Shown piece by piece: positions 40,052-52,042 of a stretch of 64,000 bases of DNA. The stretch comes from Lama guanicoe (taxonomy: Eukaryota), in the NCBI GenBank assembly GCA_013239625.1, contig MU053304.1:558001-622000 (forward strand), in the 5' to 3' direction. The translations under genes and the position numbers were made by a program. Within the stretch, counting starts at the first letter, position 1. Each line of letters begins with the position of its first letter. The notes beneath the pieces were generated by a model. That model ran no database searches. It was given only the letters and a program-made list of their open reading frames with translations, and was not told the origin of the DNA.

Positions 40052-41524
40052 CCAGTCCTGACATTCTTGTCTTCTAATGCATCCACCAAGTTTTCTCTGT
40101 CCCAAGTTTTCTTTCTAAAGAGGAGTTGCCCTTTTGGAGGGCTCCCTATATTTGCACTTCCTTCCCCTTGTGGGGAATCCCTCAGTGGGTGACTCTTGGT
40201 GGGAGACCAAGCCCAGGATCCCACTACAGAAGCTGAAAGGGTTCTGGACACTCTCCACCCACGATGTCACTGTGTGGCTCATGACTTGCACTTGGCCAGC
40301 TGGATGATGCGACCTGGGACTTCCATCTGGAGCAAGTGATACTAAGACCCACGACAACAGGGGCAGATGTGTCCAAGGCTGCAGCGCTAACAGCAGCATC
40401 CTGTCCAGGCTGCCCTGGGGCTCCTGCTGCCCAGCCTGCCTTGGTCTCCACCCATTTTCTCTGCCGGGTTTTCCAACCTTCCTGTTCTTCTGAGCTACCA
40501 AGAGCTTTTCAATCAATTCCTTTTCTGCTTAAGTTGACCAGAATCTTTTGCTGTTGTTTGCAACCAAGAACCTTAACAGATCCATCAACCACTGATGTGA
40601 AGGTTACACTTTCTATTTGTTCTACTAGTTGTTATCTTTACATTTTTCTAAGATGAGCAAATATTATCACTGATTGTTTTAAAACCCCAAACTATAGTCT
40701 GTAATACTTAATAATTATTTTCATTCTCTCTTTTTTTTAAAACTCTTTTTTTAAGAGGCAAGAACAATGAGGACAGATTTAAGGAATTTGATCCTAGAAA
40801 CATATTTACATTTTTCTAATAGTCTAATTCTCTTCAGCACAAAACTTTTGGTGTGCTTCTTCAGACAAAGCAGCAAGGACTCTAGACTCAAGCTACCAGG
40901 GTTCAAATCCTGGTTCAAAAGTCAGAACAGCCTTAGGCCAAAGTCAGACTGGACTGAAAGGTATGGACATTACTAAAGAAAGAACTTGCACCCTGCCTGC
41001 ACACAAGTAAGAGACTCAGAGGCCAGCACTGACCACTGCATCCTTCCAAAGAGTGTCCTAAATCTGTAAGGTTCAGTCTGAGGATGGTAGTTACTCTCTA
41101 AGGTAAATGCCCCTTTGTGCGGCCTCTTTATTTATTTTTAAAATGATGTCATTAAATATTTATTGAGCACTTCTTCTAAGCCAGGCACCGTTCTGGGAAT
41201 TAGAGCAACTACAGTCAAAAAGAGGCAAATATCTCTGCCCACAAAGAACTTTCATTCTTTGGACTAAATTTTGAATGAAAACTCACTGTGCTCAGACATT
41301 GAACTAAACAGCATATATGTTAACAATGAAGAAAATGCAATCTCACCCTCAGGAAGTTGCAATTTACTTGTTTTTCTCTTGCTAACTTTATTTTTGTCTT
41401 CTTTCCCTGTTTTTTACTTTTCTAGAAAGTGAATCCTAGGATACTTAGGTCCAAGTTAGCCTGCATAACAAAATATGTTGATAATTTATTTAGCAAATAT
41501 CAAGAATTCCCTTTAAAAATTTTT

Positions 41525-42210
41525 TTCCAGCATTTATTTTGATGTTTTAAATTGAAGTATAGTCAATACAATGTTGTGTTAGTTTCTGGTGTATAGCATA
41601 GTGATTCAGTTATATATATATATATATATATTTCTTTCCATATTCTTTTTCATTATAGGTTATTACGAGATATTGAGTATCTTGTTGCTTATCTATTTTA
41701 TGTAGTTAGTATCTGCAAATCCCAAACTCCAGTTTATTGCTTCCCACCTCTTTCTCCTGCTGGTAACCATAAGTTTGTTTTCTATGTCTGTGAGTCCCTT
41801 TCTGTTTCATAAATAAGTTCATTTGTGTCTTTTTTTTTTTTAAGATTCCACATATAAGTGATACCTTACAGAATTTTTCTTTCTCTTTCTGGCTTACTTC
41901 ACTAAGTACGATAATCTCTATTTCCATCCATCTTGCTGCAAATGGCATTATTTCATTCTTTTTTATGGCTGAGTCACATTCCATTGTGTAAATATATACC
42001 ACATCTTCTTTATCCAGTCATCTGGATAAAGATGGACATTTAGGTGGCTTCCATATCTCGGCTATTGTAAATAGTGCTGCTATGAATATTGGGGTGCATG
42101 TATCTTTTTGAATTAGAGGTCCCTCCAGATATATGTCCAGGAGTGGGGTTGATGGATCATATGGTAAGTGTATTTTTATTTTTTTAATGAATTTCCATAC
42201 TGTTTTCCTG
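41525..42210 (-). mobile_element. LINE-1 3' fragment
   Basis: Minus-strand ORFs 41706-42002 (AIKKNEIMPFAARWMEIE.IVLSEVSQ) and 42018-42311 (LPYDP..IAALFTIA..WK.PKCP) match the L1 ORF2 C-terminus. Confidence 0.9.
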
Positions 42211-42254
42211 TGTGGCCTCTGCCTGCCTGCCTTCCTTCCTTCCCTTCTTTCTAA

Positions 42255-42402
42255 ATTTTTTAAATTAATCTTTCTTTTGGCGGTGGGGAGGAGGTAATTA
42301 GGTTTATTCATCTATTTATTTAATGGAGGTACTGGGGCTTGAACCCAGGACCTTGTGCATGCTAGGCATGCACTCTACCACTGAGCTATACCCCCCCCCC
42401 CC
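42255..42402 (-). mobile_element. tRNA-derived SINE (vic-1-like)
   Basis: Reverse complement of the SINE head: 'gtactggggcttgaacccaggaccttgtgcatgctaggcatgcactctaccactgagctatacccc'. Confidence 0.85.
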
Positions 42403-43348
42403 AGTGTGGCTTCTTTAAATGCAACACTCCAACTTCATCCTCTTTCAAAGTTCTGCACAGGGCAGGGTAGGACAGTTGAGGGGTGTGGGAAAAGAGGCTA
42501 TGGCCCAGGTGAGGGACAGTGGGGATTCAGTGGGTAAGAGTGTCCTGGATCAGAAGAGGTGGCCACAGGCTAGGGCTAGACTGGAGGGCCTGGAAGCTGC
42601 TGCCACAGTCTCTGGAACATCCCCAAGAGGACCTGGGATATTTTAATCTAATATTCAAGTACCTTCATTAGCTCTAAGCAATGTGGACATCATTCATTCA
42701 GCTACCATCTATTGGCCATGTACCAGGCACTGTCCAAACCTGGGATGGGGGACATACAAGTGCTCTGACAGCTGGAACTCTGGGGCACAGAAGAGAGGCA
42801 CCTGCCTTAGTGGAGCAAAGGCTTCCACAAGGAGGCAATGCTGCTCAAGACTCAAAGTTCTGGGAGAAGGGGCCTGAGTGGCCTCTGAGCTTTGGCCGGG
42901 GAAGGGTGGAGCATCTCTAATGACATGTATGGAGCCTGTAGCAGTACAAATAAAGTGTTTACAGGAGAAATAATAGGATGCCTAGGAATCACATTAAATA
43001 CTCAAGCCAAAAAAGCAAACAAACAAAAAACCAAAGAAAGAAAAAAAAAAGAAAAAAAAAGGAGAGAGGGAGAGAAAAAAAAGTGAGACAGGGAATAGCT
43101 GAAAGACGAATGGCAAAAATATTGAAGTGATTCATTATGGTAAAAAGGGAATCATTATATATTCTCTCTACTTAATAATGTGTGTTTGAAAATGTCCATA
43201 ATTTTTGTAAAGGTTGCAGTAAAGATTCACATATTTGTCTCTTCATCAGCACGATCACTTATCGCTGGGTGAAAAGAGTAGAATTCCTAAATGTAAGGAA
43301 TGAAAATTTTTACCTCAATGGAAATTGCCAAATTTCTCTCCAGGTGTT

Positions 43349-43972
43349 TGTAATGAGGGGGATCAGGATATGCTACCCCAAGACACAGCGCCTTGGCACA
43401 GTGAATAGTTTAAGCTGAATGCACTGGAAAAAAGCAGGTGCAGGAAGGACTCTCTGACCTTCCCCTGAAGCAGATTACAAGACCCTCCCTCCACTTAGAG
43501 AAAAGGAACATTCTTTTCTCCAAGACTGGGGAACAACAGGAGGAATCTGGGCAAATAGACCTTGTCATTTCTCCCAGTGAACCACTTACCTCATCACCCT
43601 TTCTGTCCTATCACATTTTTTCACACCCTCCACTCTTCATCAGACCTAGCATGAAGAGCAGGGTATAGCTCAAGTGGTAAGGTATATGCTTAGCATGCAT
43701 GAGGTCCAAGGTTCAATCCCCAGTACCTCCTCTAAAATAAATAAGTAAATAAACAAACCTAATTATCTCCATCCCTTGCTAAAAATAGAACAAAACAAAA
43801 ATCTAGCATGAAGATACCAATTCTTCAGGTTTTCATTTCCTTACAAAGGCTCTGTGACACATACAACTTAAATAAGTTTATATGCTTTTCTCTTGTTAAT
43901 CTGCCTTTTGTTACAGGGCCTCAGCCAAGAATTTAGACAAGTAGAGGAAAAAGATATTTTTCCTCCTCTATA
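43349..43972 (+). mobile_element. ERV solo LTR interrupted by a vic-1-like SINE (about 43657-43801)
   Basis: Begins TGTAATGAGG, has an LTR-like 3' end 'ttaaataag..tatgcttttctcttgttaatctg', and contains a nested SINE flanked by ctagcatgaag repeats. Confidence 0.6.
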
Positions 43973-44100
43973 GTAACAAGTTGCCTTTTCACCAGTTTCC
44001 CCACAAACCCAAAACACTTGTTCTATGCTTTAATTTCTGTTAATCTGATGGATACAAAGTGGTATCATATTATTGTTTTAAATTAATTCCCTGGCAGTTC

Positions 44101-44649
44101 TGAGACAGGAAGGAAGAAGGCAGGGTACTACCATTAAAAGAATGACACAGCAATTGAGGATAGGATATAAACCATAAACTGGTCAGAACAAAGATGCGGA
44201 ATATTTGACTTCCAGTTGATCTTAAACTTCATTATACGTTCACCATAATGTATTAGCATGCTAACTGGCACTCCCCTGTTGCACCATGTCAGTTCCAAGG
44301 CTGGCCATAAAAGGCCAAAAGTGAGCAATAGTCCAATTACTGGAAATCCCTGCCCCTTTCCCCAAAATACTTGGAATAACCCTCCTGCTTGTTAGCATAC
44401 AAAATCACCCAGCCCATGAAAACTAACAACCCCTCACCTCATGATCACTCTTCCTCTCACCCTCTGAGGTGGCCCAAACTCTCTATAGAGTGTGTATTAC
44501 CTGGAATAAATCTACTTTCGCTTTCCTATGGCTCAGTCTTGAATTCTTTCCTGTGTGAAGCCAAGGACCCTCACCTGATGGGGTGTGTCCCAGGGACTCG
44601 AGGGAGATCTGAGACAGGACCATTCTCTCACACTCCATTTTCCTGAACA
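44101..44649 (+). mobile_element. ERV1-type solo LTR
   Basis: TG...CA ends, an internal AATAAA near 44505, U5-like 'cttgaattctttcctgtgtgaagccaaggaccc', and near-matching 4-bp flanks gttc/gttg. Confidence 0.65.
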
Positions 44650-45869
44650 GTTGTACAGTTGAGCATCTCTTCATAGCTTTATGTGCTACCTAAATTTCTT
44701 CTGAAAATTGCTTTTCATATCCTTTGCCTGCTTTTTCTTACTGTAGTTTTTCATATTCTGATACTAAATTTTTATTATATGTTACAAATATTTATTCCCA
44801 ATTTGTTCCTTATATTTTAGAATTGTTTATAAAGACTCATGCATCCAAAGTTTTAAATTGTATCATGGCAAACCCGTCATAATTTCACTTATGGATTTTT
44901 GCTTGGCGTCTTAAGAATGATGGCGTCATTTATATTCTAAATTCTTATTACTTATTTTAATAAGAATGCTTCTTAATTTTTGCCATCAAAAATATTTTTT
45001 ACATTTTCACAGATAAGCTTTATCTAAAATGATATAGTGTTTTTCTTCCTTTAGCTTGTTAGTTTAATTGACATTATTTCTTTACCTTGAAGCATCTTGC
45101 ATTCCAAAGGTAAATGCTATTGGTCAATATTCTTTTACTACATTCAGTGAGGGACTAAAATCTCTGAACTACGTAGGCAGATCGATCTTCCTCTTCTTTC
45201 CTAACTTGGAACTTACTCAGGGCCACCCTTCCCCCACACGCCCCCCCCCAAAAGCCCTTTTCCCAATCCCAATATGGGTATAATTACTAGAATTTTCATC
45301 CTGCTATTGGGCCTAACGGTGCTAATGACCATAAGATAGCACGTTAATGATGGTTTAACTCAAAGAAACTAGGAGACTGTATTAAGTAACTGAGGATGCA
45401 AATTAATGGCCTCGGATGAGTTCCTTAACCTCTGTGAGCCTCAATTTCCTTAAAAGTAAAATGAAACTAGCAATAACATCTAAGTCACAAGTTTGTTTCT
45501 AAAAGTCCACAATAAAACGTATAAAAAGTAACCAGTACAATGCCTTGCGCAAAACATCTATCAGTGTATTTTACCTATGACCATTACTACCGTCACTACT
45601 TTGATGGCAGTTTCAGGAGCCAGTGGGCAAGGAAGCGGCGATGCCTGGGGTCAGAAGGCCAACTGCCAGGCTCTGGTCCCCGCTGCACTTGGCTGTTAAG
45701 GCCTGTGCCTCCTTCTAGGCTGAAAATCGCAGCAGGTCTAACACACACTCCAGTGAGTGGGTGGCTGCCTACCGGGTTAACGGATGTAAGCGCCTGGAAC
45801 CGACCCTGGCTCACAAGCCCACAACGAAAGACTGTTTTTATGACTGCTGTTTACGTTTTACAGCTCCAC

Positions 45870-46330
45870 CCGTAGGTTAGCTGTGTGACCTCCCGCCAGG
45901 TCCCCGAACTTAGCGAAACCTGCGCCTTGTCCCCCGGCAACTTGGGACTAATGCCGAACGACCTCCGAGAATCCGGACCAGGGGTACTACCGGCTCCCGC
46001 CCGCACTAAAATGTCCTCCCCGCGCGCAGGCGCAGCACGTGCTGTCCCAGCTCGAGTCCCCGCCCCCTCTCTGGGGTCGCGGTTCGGGATTGGCCCAAAG
46101 GCGTCACGGGCTCTGATTGGGCGAGGTGGAATCACGAGGGTGCGGTCCCCTTCCGGTCTGTGTTTGGCTGGGTTCTGGAGTGTAGAGCGGCCGCTGGGAG
46201 GTGCCGGCGCCTGCGGGCCTAGTTCTGTTCCGCTGGGGCTTGGCGTCCGGGACTGCGGCCGCGCGGTGGGCGGGGCCCTACCTACACCTGCGGTACTATT
46301 AAAAGGAGAACTAGTCAGGGAAGACACTGT
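45870..46330 (+). promoter_or_regulatory. CpG-island promoter upstream of the NCL-like duplicate
   Basis: CpG-dense, with two inverted CCAAT boxes (near 46089 and 46116), an ETS motif CTTCCGG near 46150, a GC box GGGCGGGGC near 46268 and a possible donor gag|gtgccg at 46200/46201. Confidence 0.75.
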
Positions 46331-46917
46331 GCGGGTTAATTTGGGAAGTGATGGTTAACGGTTCTGGCTTGAGACTCCTTACTTGTGTTGTAAATTTTGG
46401 TGGGGGCAGAGATGGAAGCTCCTCCATTCAACACTGAGTTTTCAGTCTGGAGACGTAAAGACACTTGAATTGTAGGTACTGATTTTGTTCTTGTGTGTTG
46501 TGCTGTTTGGCTCTGTGTGCTTCCATTTGAGCAGTCGGTGGTGGAATTACTGATTTTTTTTTTTTAAACCATCACAGTTATTTGAAAACGCGTGGTGAAA
46601 GGAGCAGAATGAAGGGAAAAGGGAGGAATTCCTGGGGCTTGCCTATTTTTACCTTGAGGAGGTTCCATTTCTATATCTTGGCAAAAGAAAAGATAAGAGA
46701 AACCTAGCCTGCAAACATACCAAAAATTATCTTTTGCTATGTATTTTTATATTAGCTGGTGTGAGTAAAAGATATCAAATGAAAATAGCTTTAGAATGAG
46801 GCCTAACACGGATTTATTGCAAATGGAAACTTAACTGCAAATATTGGAGGCAAAAACATGCATAGCATGGACTGTTGAAGGCCCTGTCATGTGCCTAATG
46901 ATCTTGTCCATTTTAAG

Positions 46918-47025
46918 CAGGGAAAAAAATCAAGGAAACTGAAGAAAAAGAACCTTTCCCCAAAGGAGATAGAAGATGGGGAAGATGAGATGTCTGAAGA
47001 TAAGGACAATGGCAGTAGAGATAAG
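46918..47025 (+). pseudogene. NCL-like exon 2 equivalent (acidic)
   Basis: Reads PKEIEDGEDEMSEDKDNGSRDK|gtaat, against NCL PKEVEEDSEDEEMSEDEEDDSSGEE|. Confidence 0.8.
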
Positions 47026-47916
47026 GTAATTGTATGTACAGCGTGGAGCATTAATAGCTTATTAATGTCAACAGTCAAAATCCAGAGTAAAGCTGTTAAA
47101 CTGCACTGTACAATCTAACAAGTGGTATTGTGAACTCTTTCCAACTAGTTTCGCAAGCCCACCCTAAACTTGGTACCAGAAACTGACAGTCATTTTTAGA
47201 AAAGAAAATTACAGACCACTCTCATGAGATGCAAAAGTTCCAAACAAAATATTAGCAAGTTGAATATCAGTGTTTTGTAAAAAGAATAAGACATTGTAAG
47301 TATGGTTTATTTTGGGAATGTAGAAGTGTTTTTTGTTTCAACGGTGATATTGATTGCCTGGAAATACTGGTTTGAAAGAAAATCTCATGACTCTTAAAAT
47401 TGCTTTATTAAATGTGTGCCAACCAAACATGTTTATATATTTATTCTTTCTGTGAATATTTAGATCCGTAGTATGTTCTGCTTTTGACTTGGAGCCTCTG
47501 CATTAGTATTTGAATATAGATGGGCTTAAGTTGTGTCCTAAAAGAATTGAGGTGAGTGAATGGGTGCACAGCTACTGAATACTGAATGCTTCATGTGTGC
47601 AGCCACTGTGCTAGGACTTTATGCATTGTCTCATTTCATCCTCCCAGTGATCGTATTTAGTAGACATCCTTAGCTCCATTTTACAGACAGGAAAACAGAT
47701 TTAGTCATTGACTAACTTGCTCATGGTTTCTTAACTAATGACAGAATTAGGATTCTGCTGAATCCAAAACCCTTGCTCTTTCCTGGTTCATTCCTCAGTC
47801 TTCACCCAAGCAACTCTTTTGGAGAGACAGATGGTGGATATTTATTGTCTGCTTTGAGCAGCTAGTTGCATAGTAGAAACTTTAACACTATTCAGTCTAG
47901 TAGTTTTAATCAATCA

Positions 47917-48275
47917 AGGGATAGAGCACTGTGCTTAGCATGCACAAGGTCCTGGGTTTAATCCCCAATACCTCTGTTAAAAAATAAATAAACCTAATTA
48001 CCTTTCCTACACCCCCCAAAAAATAAAACAAATAAAAAAATGTTTAAAAAAAGTAAGTTATCTAGGAGGGTAGGGGTATGGATGAAATAGATGAAGAGGA
48101 TTAAGAGGTACAAACTACCAGTTATAAAATAAGTAAGTCGCAGGGATGTAATGTACAGCATAGGGAATGTAGTCAATAATACTGTAATAACTTCATATGG
48201 TGTGTAATCTGTAAAAATACAGAATCACTGTGTTGTACACTGAAGCTAACAATATTGTACAATAGTACTTCAAAA
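47917..48275 (+). mobile_element. Partial vic-1-like SINE followed by a LINE-1 3' end
   Basis: 'gtgcttagcatgcacaaggtcctgggtttaatccccaatacctc' and an A-tail, then 'aagaggtacaaact.ccagttataaaataagtaagtc..gggatgtaatgtacagcataggga'. Confidence 0.75.
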
Positions 48276-49268
48276 AAGTCAATTATTCATGCATACTTTT
48301 TGATTTTAACTTGAAACATTAAATATGTATTCAGTTGCCAATCTTTTGATGTGGGATGAAAGCCTTGTCTGCATTCACTGTTGCAGTAACTTATCTTCTC
48401 TGTATAAAATACACCCATAGTGCATCTTCTGCATTTTAAAATTTGCTTCTTTAAAGCAAAGCAAAACTTTAAAAACCTAGCAAAGCAATTTGAATGTAGA
48501 CTTCCACATTTTTACAATTTTCCCCATTCTTTTATGGTTGCTTACCCACACCTGATTTGACTGCAGTTTTTAAACTTTATCAAGTATGTCCAAAGTGTTC
48601 AACTTTGTTTTCATAGATTCAATAACTTTGTGCATTAATTCGATCGGTTAACATGACATTTATTATGTAATTGAAACTGCACCTACAGTGGTCACATACA
48701 GGTTTGCAAACAAACACAACTGAGGCTTATTAAGGGTACATTTCAGCTCATGGGAGCAGAAATGCCCAGGTGTGCTGGGAGTTCCACATAGCAGTCCATT
48801 AGCCACACATGCTTTGCGTTTCATAGGCATCAAGTTAGTAAATCCTGGAATTGAGGCAGTCATTTACTCTAGCCACATAGTTCAGTGTGGCATAGTTAAG
48901 TGGACATAGTAGACACAGTTTAGAGAGCACCTACTGTACTGTGATGTCTACAATACAGTACATTAACTCTCCATAGCCGTCAGAGCCAAAAAAGTCTTGG
49001 TGAATGCAGTGTTTGTTTTGGAACCTAGACTGCTAGCTCAGAGGGAAGTAGAAGCAGTCACGTTATGTTTTCCTTAAACTGAGATGCATGTGATATGTTT
49101 CTAGACTGTTCCCACTGGCAACCTTTAGTCATTCCTCTCTAAAATGTGATGTCTGTAACAGTTTACTCTAATTGGTGCAGCAAATAATAATACTATCACA
49201 GATTAACTTTTAGGCTAACCAAACCCTACTGTTGGCCCATCAAAATTATTCAATTTAAACCCAAGTCA

Positions 49269-49402
49269 GGGGAGAGTATAGCTCAGTGGTAGAGTGCATG
49301 CCTAGCATGCAGAAGGTCCTGGGTTCAATCCTCAGTACCTCCACTAGAAGTAATAAATAAATAGATAAACATAATTACCTCCCACCCACCAAATAGATTA
49401 AT
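49269..49402 (+). mobile_element. tRNA-derived SINE (vic-1-like)
   Basis: Head 'ggggagagtatagctcagtggtagagtgcatgcctagcatgcagaaggtcctgggttcaatcctcagtacctcc'. Approximate TSD aaacccaagtc / aaaccttagtc. Confidence 0.85.
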
Positions 49403-50354
49403 AAACCTTAGTCTTTTTCACATATCTTCCCTGATCCCACATCATTCCCAGGTCAGATGAACCGGTCCCTCATCTGTTTCCCTGTCAATTTTGTTCATTA
49501 CCAGTAATGCTAATCACATCATATTATAGTTTCTCATCTCTTCCTGTGATGTGGGTTGAGATATATATACCAGTTGTGTTTTTGCTGGGGCTGCCGTAAT
49601 AAAATATCTCAGACTGGGTGACTGAAACAACAGAAGTTTACTTTTTCACAATTCCAAAATCAAAGATCAAGTTGTTGACAATTTGGTTACTTCTGAGGCC
49701 TCTCTCATTGGCTTGTAGATGTCTGCCTTCTCACTGTGGTTTCACGTGGTCATCCATCGCCCATAGTTCTTCATTTTCTCCTTTTGTATATGGTGAGACT
49801 TCATTTGGTGTTCTGCTAAACTTTTCATCTTTAGTCATTTAGTTTTGTAATACTGTGCCCTGTTATCAGTAGCCCCGGGATGGGAATTGACAGGGTAGAC
49901 AGGAAGCATGAAGTCCAGTCTTTGGGGCCTGGCTCTCATTCCTGTGTATATTCCACATGGCTGTGTGGGGCCTTCTTTGGTGTTTCACTTGTATGCAGAG
50001 AGCTGGGACTCCACAGGCACGTGGAGCCTCCTACACAGTAGTTGCCTTGACGTACTTTCCTTGGGCAGTGCTTGCATATTTTTAGAAACCTAGATCCTTC
50101 CCTCTGGAGATTCTGATTTGATAGCTCTTAGTGAAGTACGAGAATTTTCTTCTCTTCTTTTCCTTAGACAAGCATGCCAGGTTATTCTGGTGCTGGGAGC
50201 TCTTTCCTGCACGTTGAAAAATTCATCCTGGAGGAGATCAGCACAGATGTTGACACGTATGCCCGAGCAGATCTTGCACTTGCTGACTGTGCAGTATGAT
50301 CGTCACCTCCTGGCCAAAGGGGAGACCTCGTCACTGCTGCTCTCCCTCCTCCAG

Positions 50355-50563
50355 GTTGTCATCCCTCAGAAGAACCATAGGAAGGTTACCACTGCTCCAG
50401 GAAATAAAGTCAGGGGGAAAAAAGCATCTGGCTCCCATGTTTGCTGAGAAATTAATACCACCATGTAGGGAGGGAGCCACAGGAGCCAAGCTGCCAGGAG
50501 ATAGGAGGAATGCCAAACTGGAGGGCCGTGAGGAGAGACGTGCGGACTCTGATGAGAATGAAG
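50355..50563 (+). pseudogene. NCL-like exon 3 equivalent, shortened and frameshifted
   Basis: Begins ccag|VVIPQK, as NCL exon 3 does, and hits TGA at 50445-50447. The 3' part (..RRNAKLEGREE..DSDENE|gtaag) is in another frame. Confidence 0.8.
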
Positions 50564-51170
50564 GTAAGAACAGTGGGTTGGATGAGGACCAGGAAGGTAG
50601 AGACCCCTTCTGGGGACGTCCCTGGTGCTGGCTGTAAGGCGGCAAAGTTCAGCCCTGCATGCCATCCCACATGGCTCTGGGACGGGTTCTGTGAAAATCC
50701 CAGCCCTCAGAACTGTTGCCTCGGAGGTCCCCGGCCGATTCGCCAGGCTTGGCTTGAGGAGTCTCTGAACATTTGACTTCTGCTGTCCAGAATCAGAGAA
50801 CGACCAGAAACAAGGTTTTCTCTTTGAGCTTTATACCTTGATTGTTTCTCTCTTTGTGCTTATGAGCCACGCAGGTGAATCATCCCCCTAACTTACTCTC
50901 AAGTGATTTTGTTTTTGTCTTGACAGAGTCTGTGTAACATTTTAAATGGTATTGCTTCCAAAGCAATAATTCTTAGCGTTTTTTAAAAAATACAATGGCA
51001 AAACATTTTAAATTATTTCAAAATATAAGTTTAAAATGACAGTGAATTTTTTCCCCTTAGATTTGTGTATATAGTCAGATGTATGAGCAGTTTCTCTGAA
51101 AGAACAGTTTGTCATTTATGTTCTTAACAAGTCTGTGAGGCAGTAATTGATTAGGAGGGTTTTCATTTAG

Positions 51171-51280
51171 ATTCTGAAAAAGAAGTCATATGAGAAAAGC
51201 CTTTCCTGTGGGGGCGAAGGAAGATGAGCAGGATAGGGAGGGTGGTGACAAAGGCTGCCAGGAAGAGGAGGAAGAGGGAG
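51171..51280 (+). pseudogene. NCL-like exon 4 equivalent, frameshifted
   Basis: tttag|(D)SEKEVI then TGA at 51191-51193. A second frame reads KAFPVGAKEDE..EEEEEG|gtcag, against NCL DSEEEAM..KVVPVKAK..EEEEE. Confidence 0.7.
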
Positions 51281-51561
51281 GTCAGAACGACCTGAACTAG
51301 CTCTGGAAAGTGCTGGCCGCTATCAGGGAATAAGAGAGATAAGGGAAACCCTTGGCCAGGGCTGTGGGTTTCTTTTATGAACTTGGACTTTCTAATTAAT
51401 TTATAAGTGCTTTTAAAAGTGTTCTGAGAGACCTAACCCAGGCGTCTGGTGGCGAACAGGCACCACGTAGGTACAGTGTTCGTGGACTTTGTAAAAGCTT
51501 CCACTTTACTCATTAGTGGCACAGATCATTAAGAGTGCCACATTCTGGCTTTCACCCGCAG

Positions 51562-51648
51562 AGTCTATGCAAAAAACCACCTGATAAACAGAAGAAGGAA
51601 ATGGCCAAAAGAAGGCTTTCCCTGAAGCCAAAATACAGAAATTAGAAG
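51562..51648 (+). pseudogene. NCL-like exon 5 equivalent (bipartite NLS) with compensating +1/-1 indels
   Basis: 87-nt phase 1-1 exon resembling EPVKEAPGKRKKEMAKQKAAPEAKKQKVEG. In the main frame it contains TGA TAA at 51582-51587. Confidence 0.85.
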
Positions 51649-51727
51649 GTAACCTCTTTGCTGTGTTTTAAAGCACAAGAGACACGTGGAGAATTTCATA
51701 TTGGCAAAACTCAAATCTCTGTTAGCC

Positions 51728-51813
51728 CAAATGATGAACAAAGGAGTTTTAATTGCAGCCTGGTGTTACAATATGCCAGTCTTTAATGGAAATTTCTTTT
51801 GACATCATTCTGA
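51728..51813 (+). ncRNA. SNORD82: Decayed SNORD82 (U82)-like C/D snoRNA relic in the intron-5 equivalent
   Basis: C box ATGATGA at 51731-51737, then 'acaaaggagttttaat...cctggtgttaca', resembling U82, which NCL hosts in this intron. The guide and D' box appear degenerate. Confidence 0.6.
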
Positions 51814-51847
51814 ACTGTTTATTTGAGTTCTTTTCTTTCTTTTTTTC

Positions 51848-51878
<31 letters not shown>

Positions 51879-51903
51879 TTTTTTTTGCCTTTTTGTATGG
51901 CAG

Positions 51904-52042
51904 CTGAACCACCTGTAACTTTCAGACTATTTGTTGGAAAACTGAATTTCAACAAAACCGTTGCTGAACTAAAAACTGATCTTAGTGAATTTTTTGCTAA
52001 AAATGATGTCGCAGTTGACAGTGTCAGAGTCAGCTTGTCCAG
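51904..52042 (+). pseudogene. NCL-like exon 6 equivalent (RRM1 N-half), open frame
   Basis: AEPPVTFRLFVGKLNFNKTVAELKTDLSEFFAKNDVAVDSVRVSLSR, against NCL TEPTTAFNLFVGNLNFNKSAPELKTGISDVFAKNDLAVVDVRIGMTR. Flanked by cag| and |gtaa. Confidence 0.92.
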
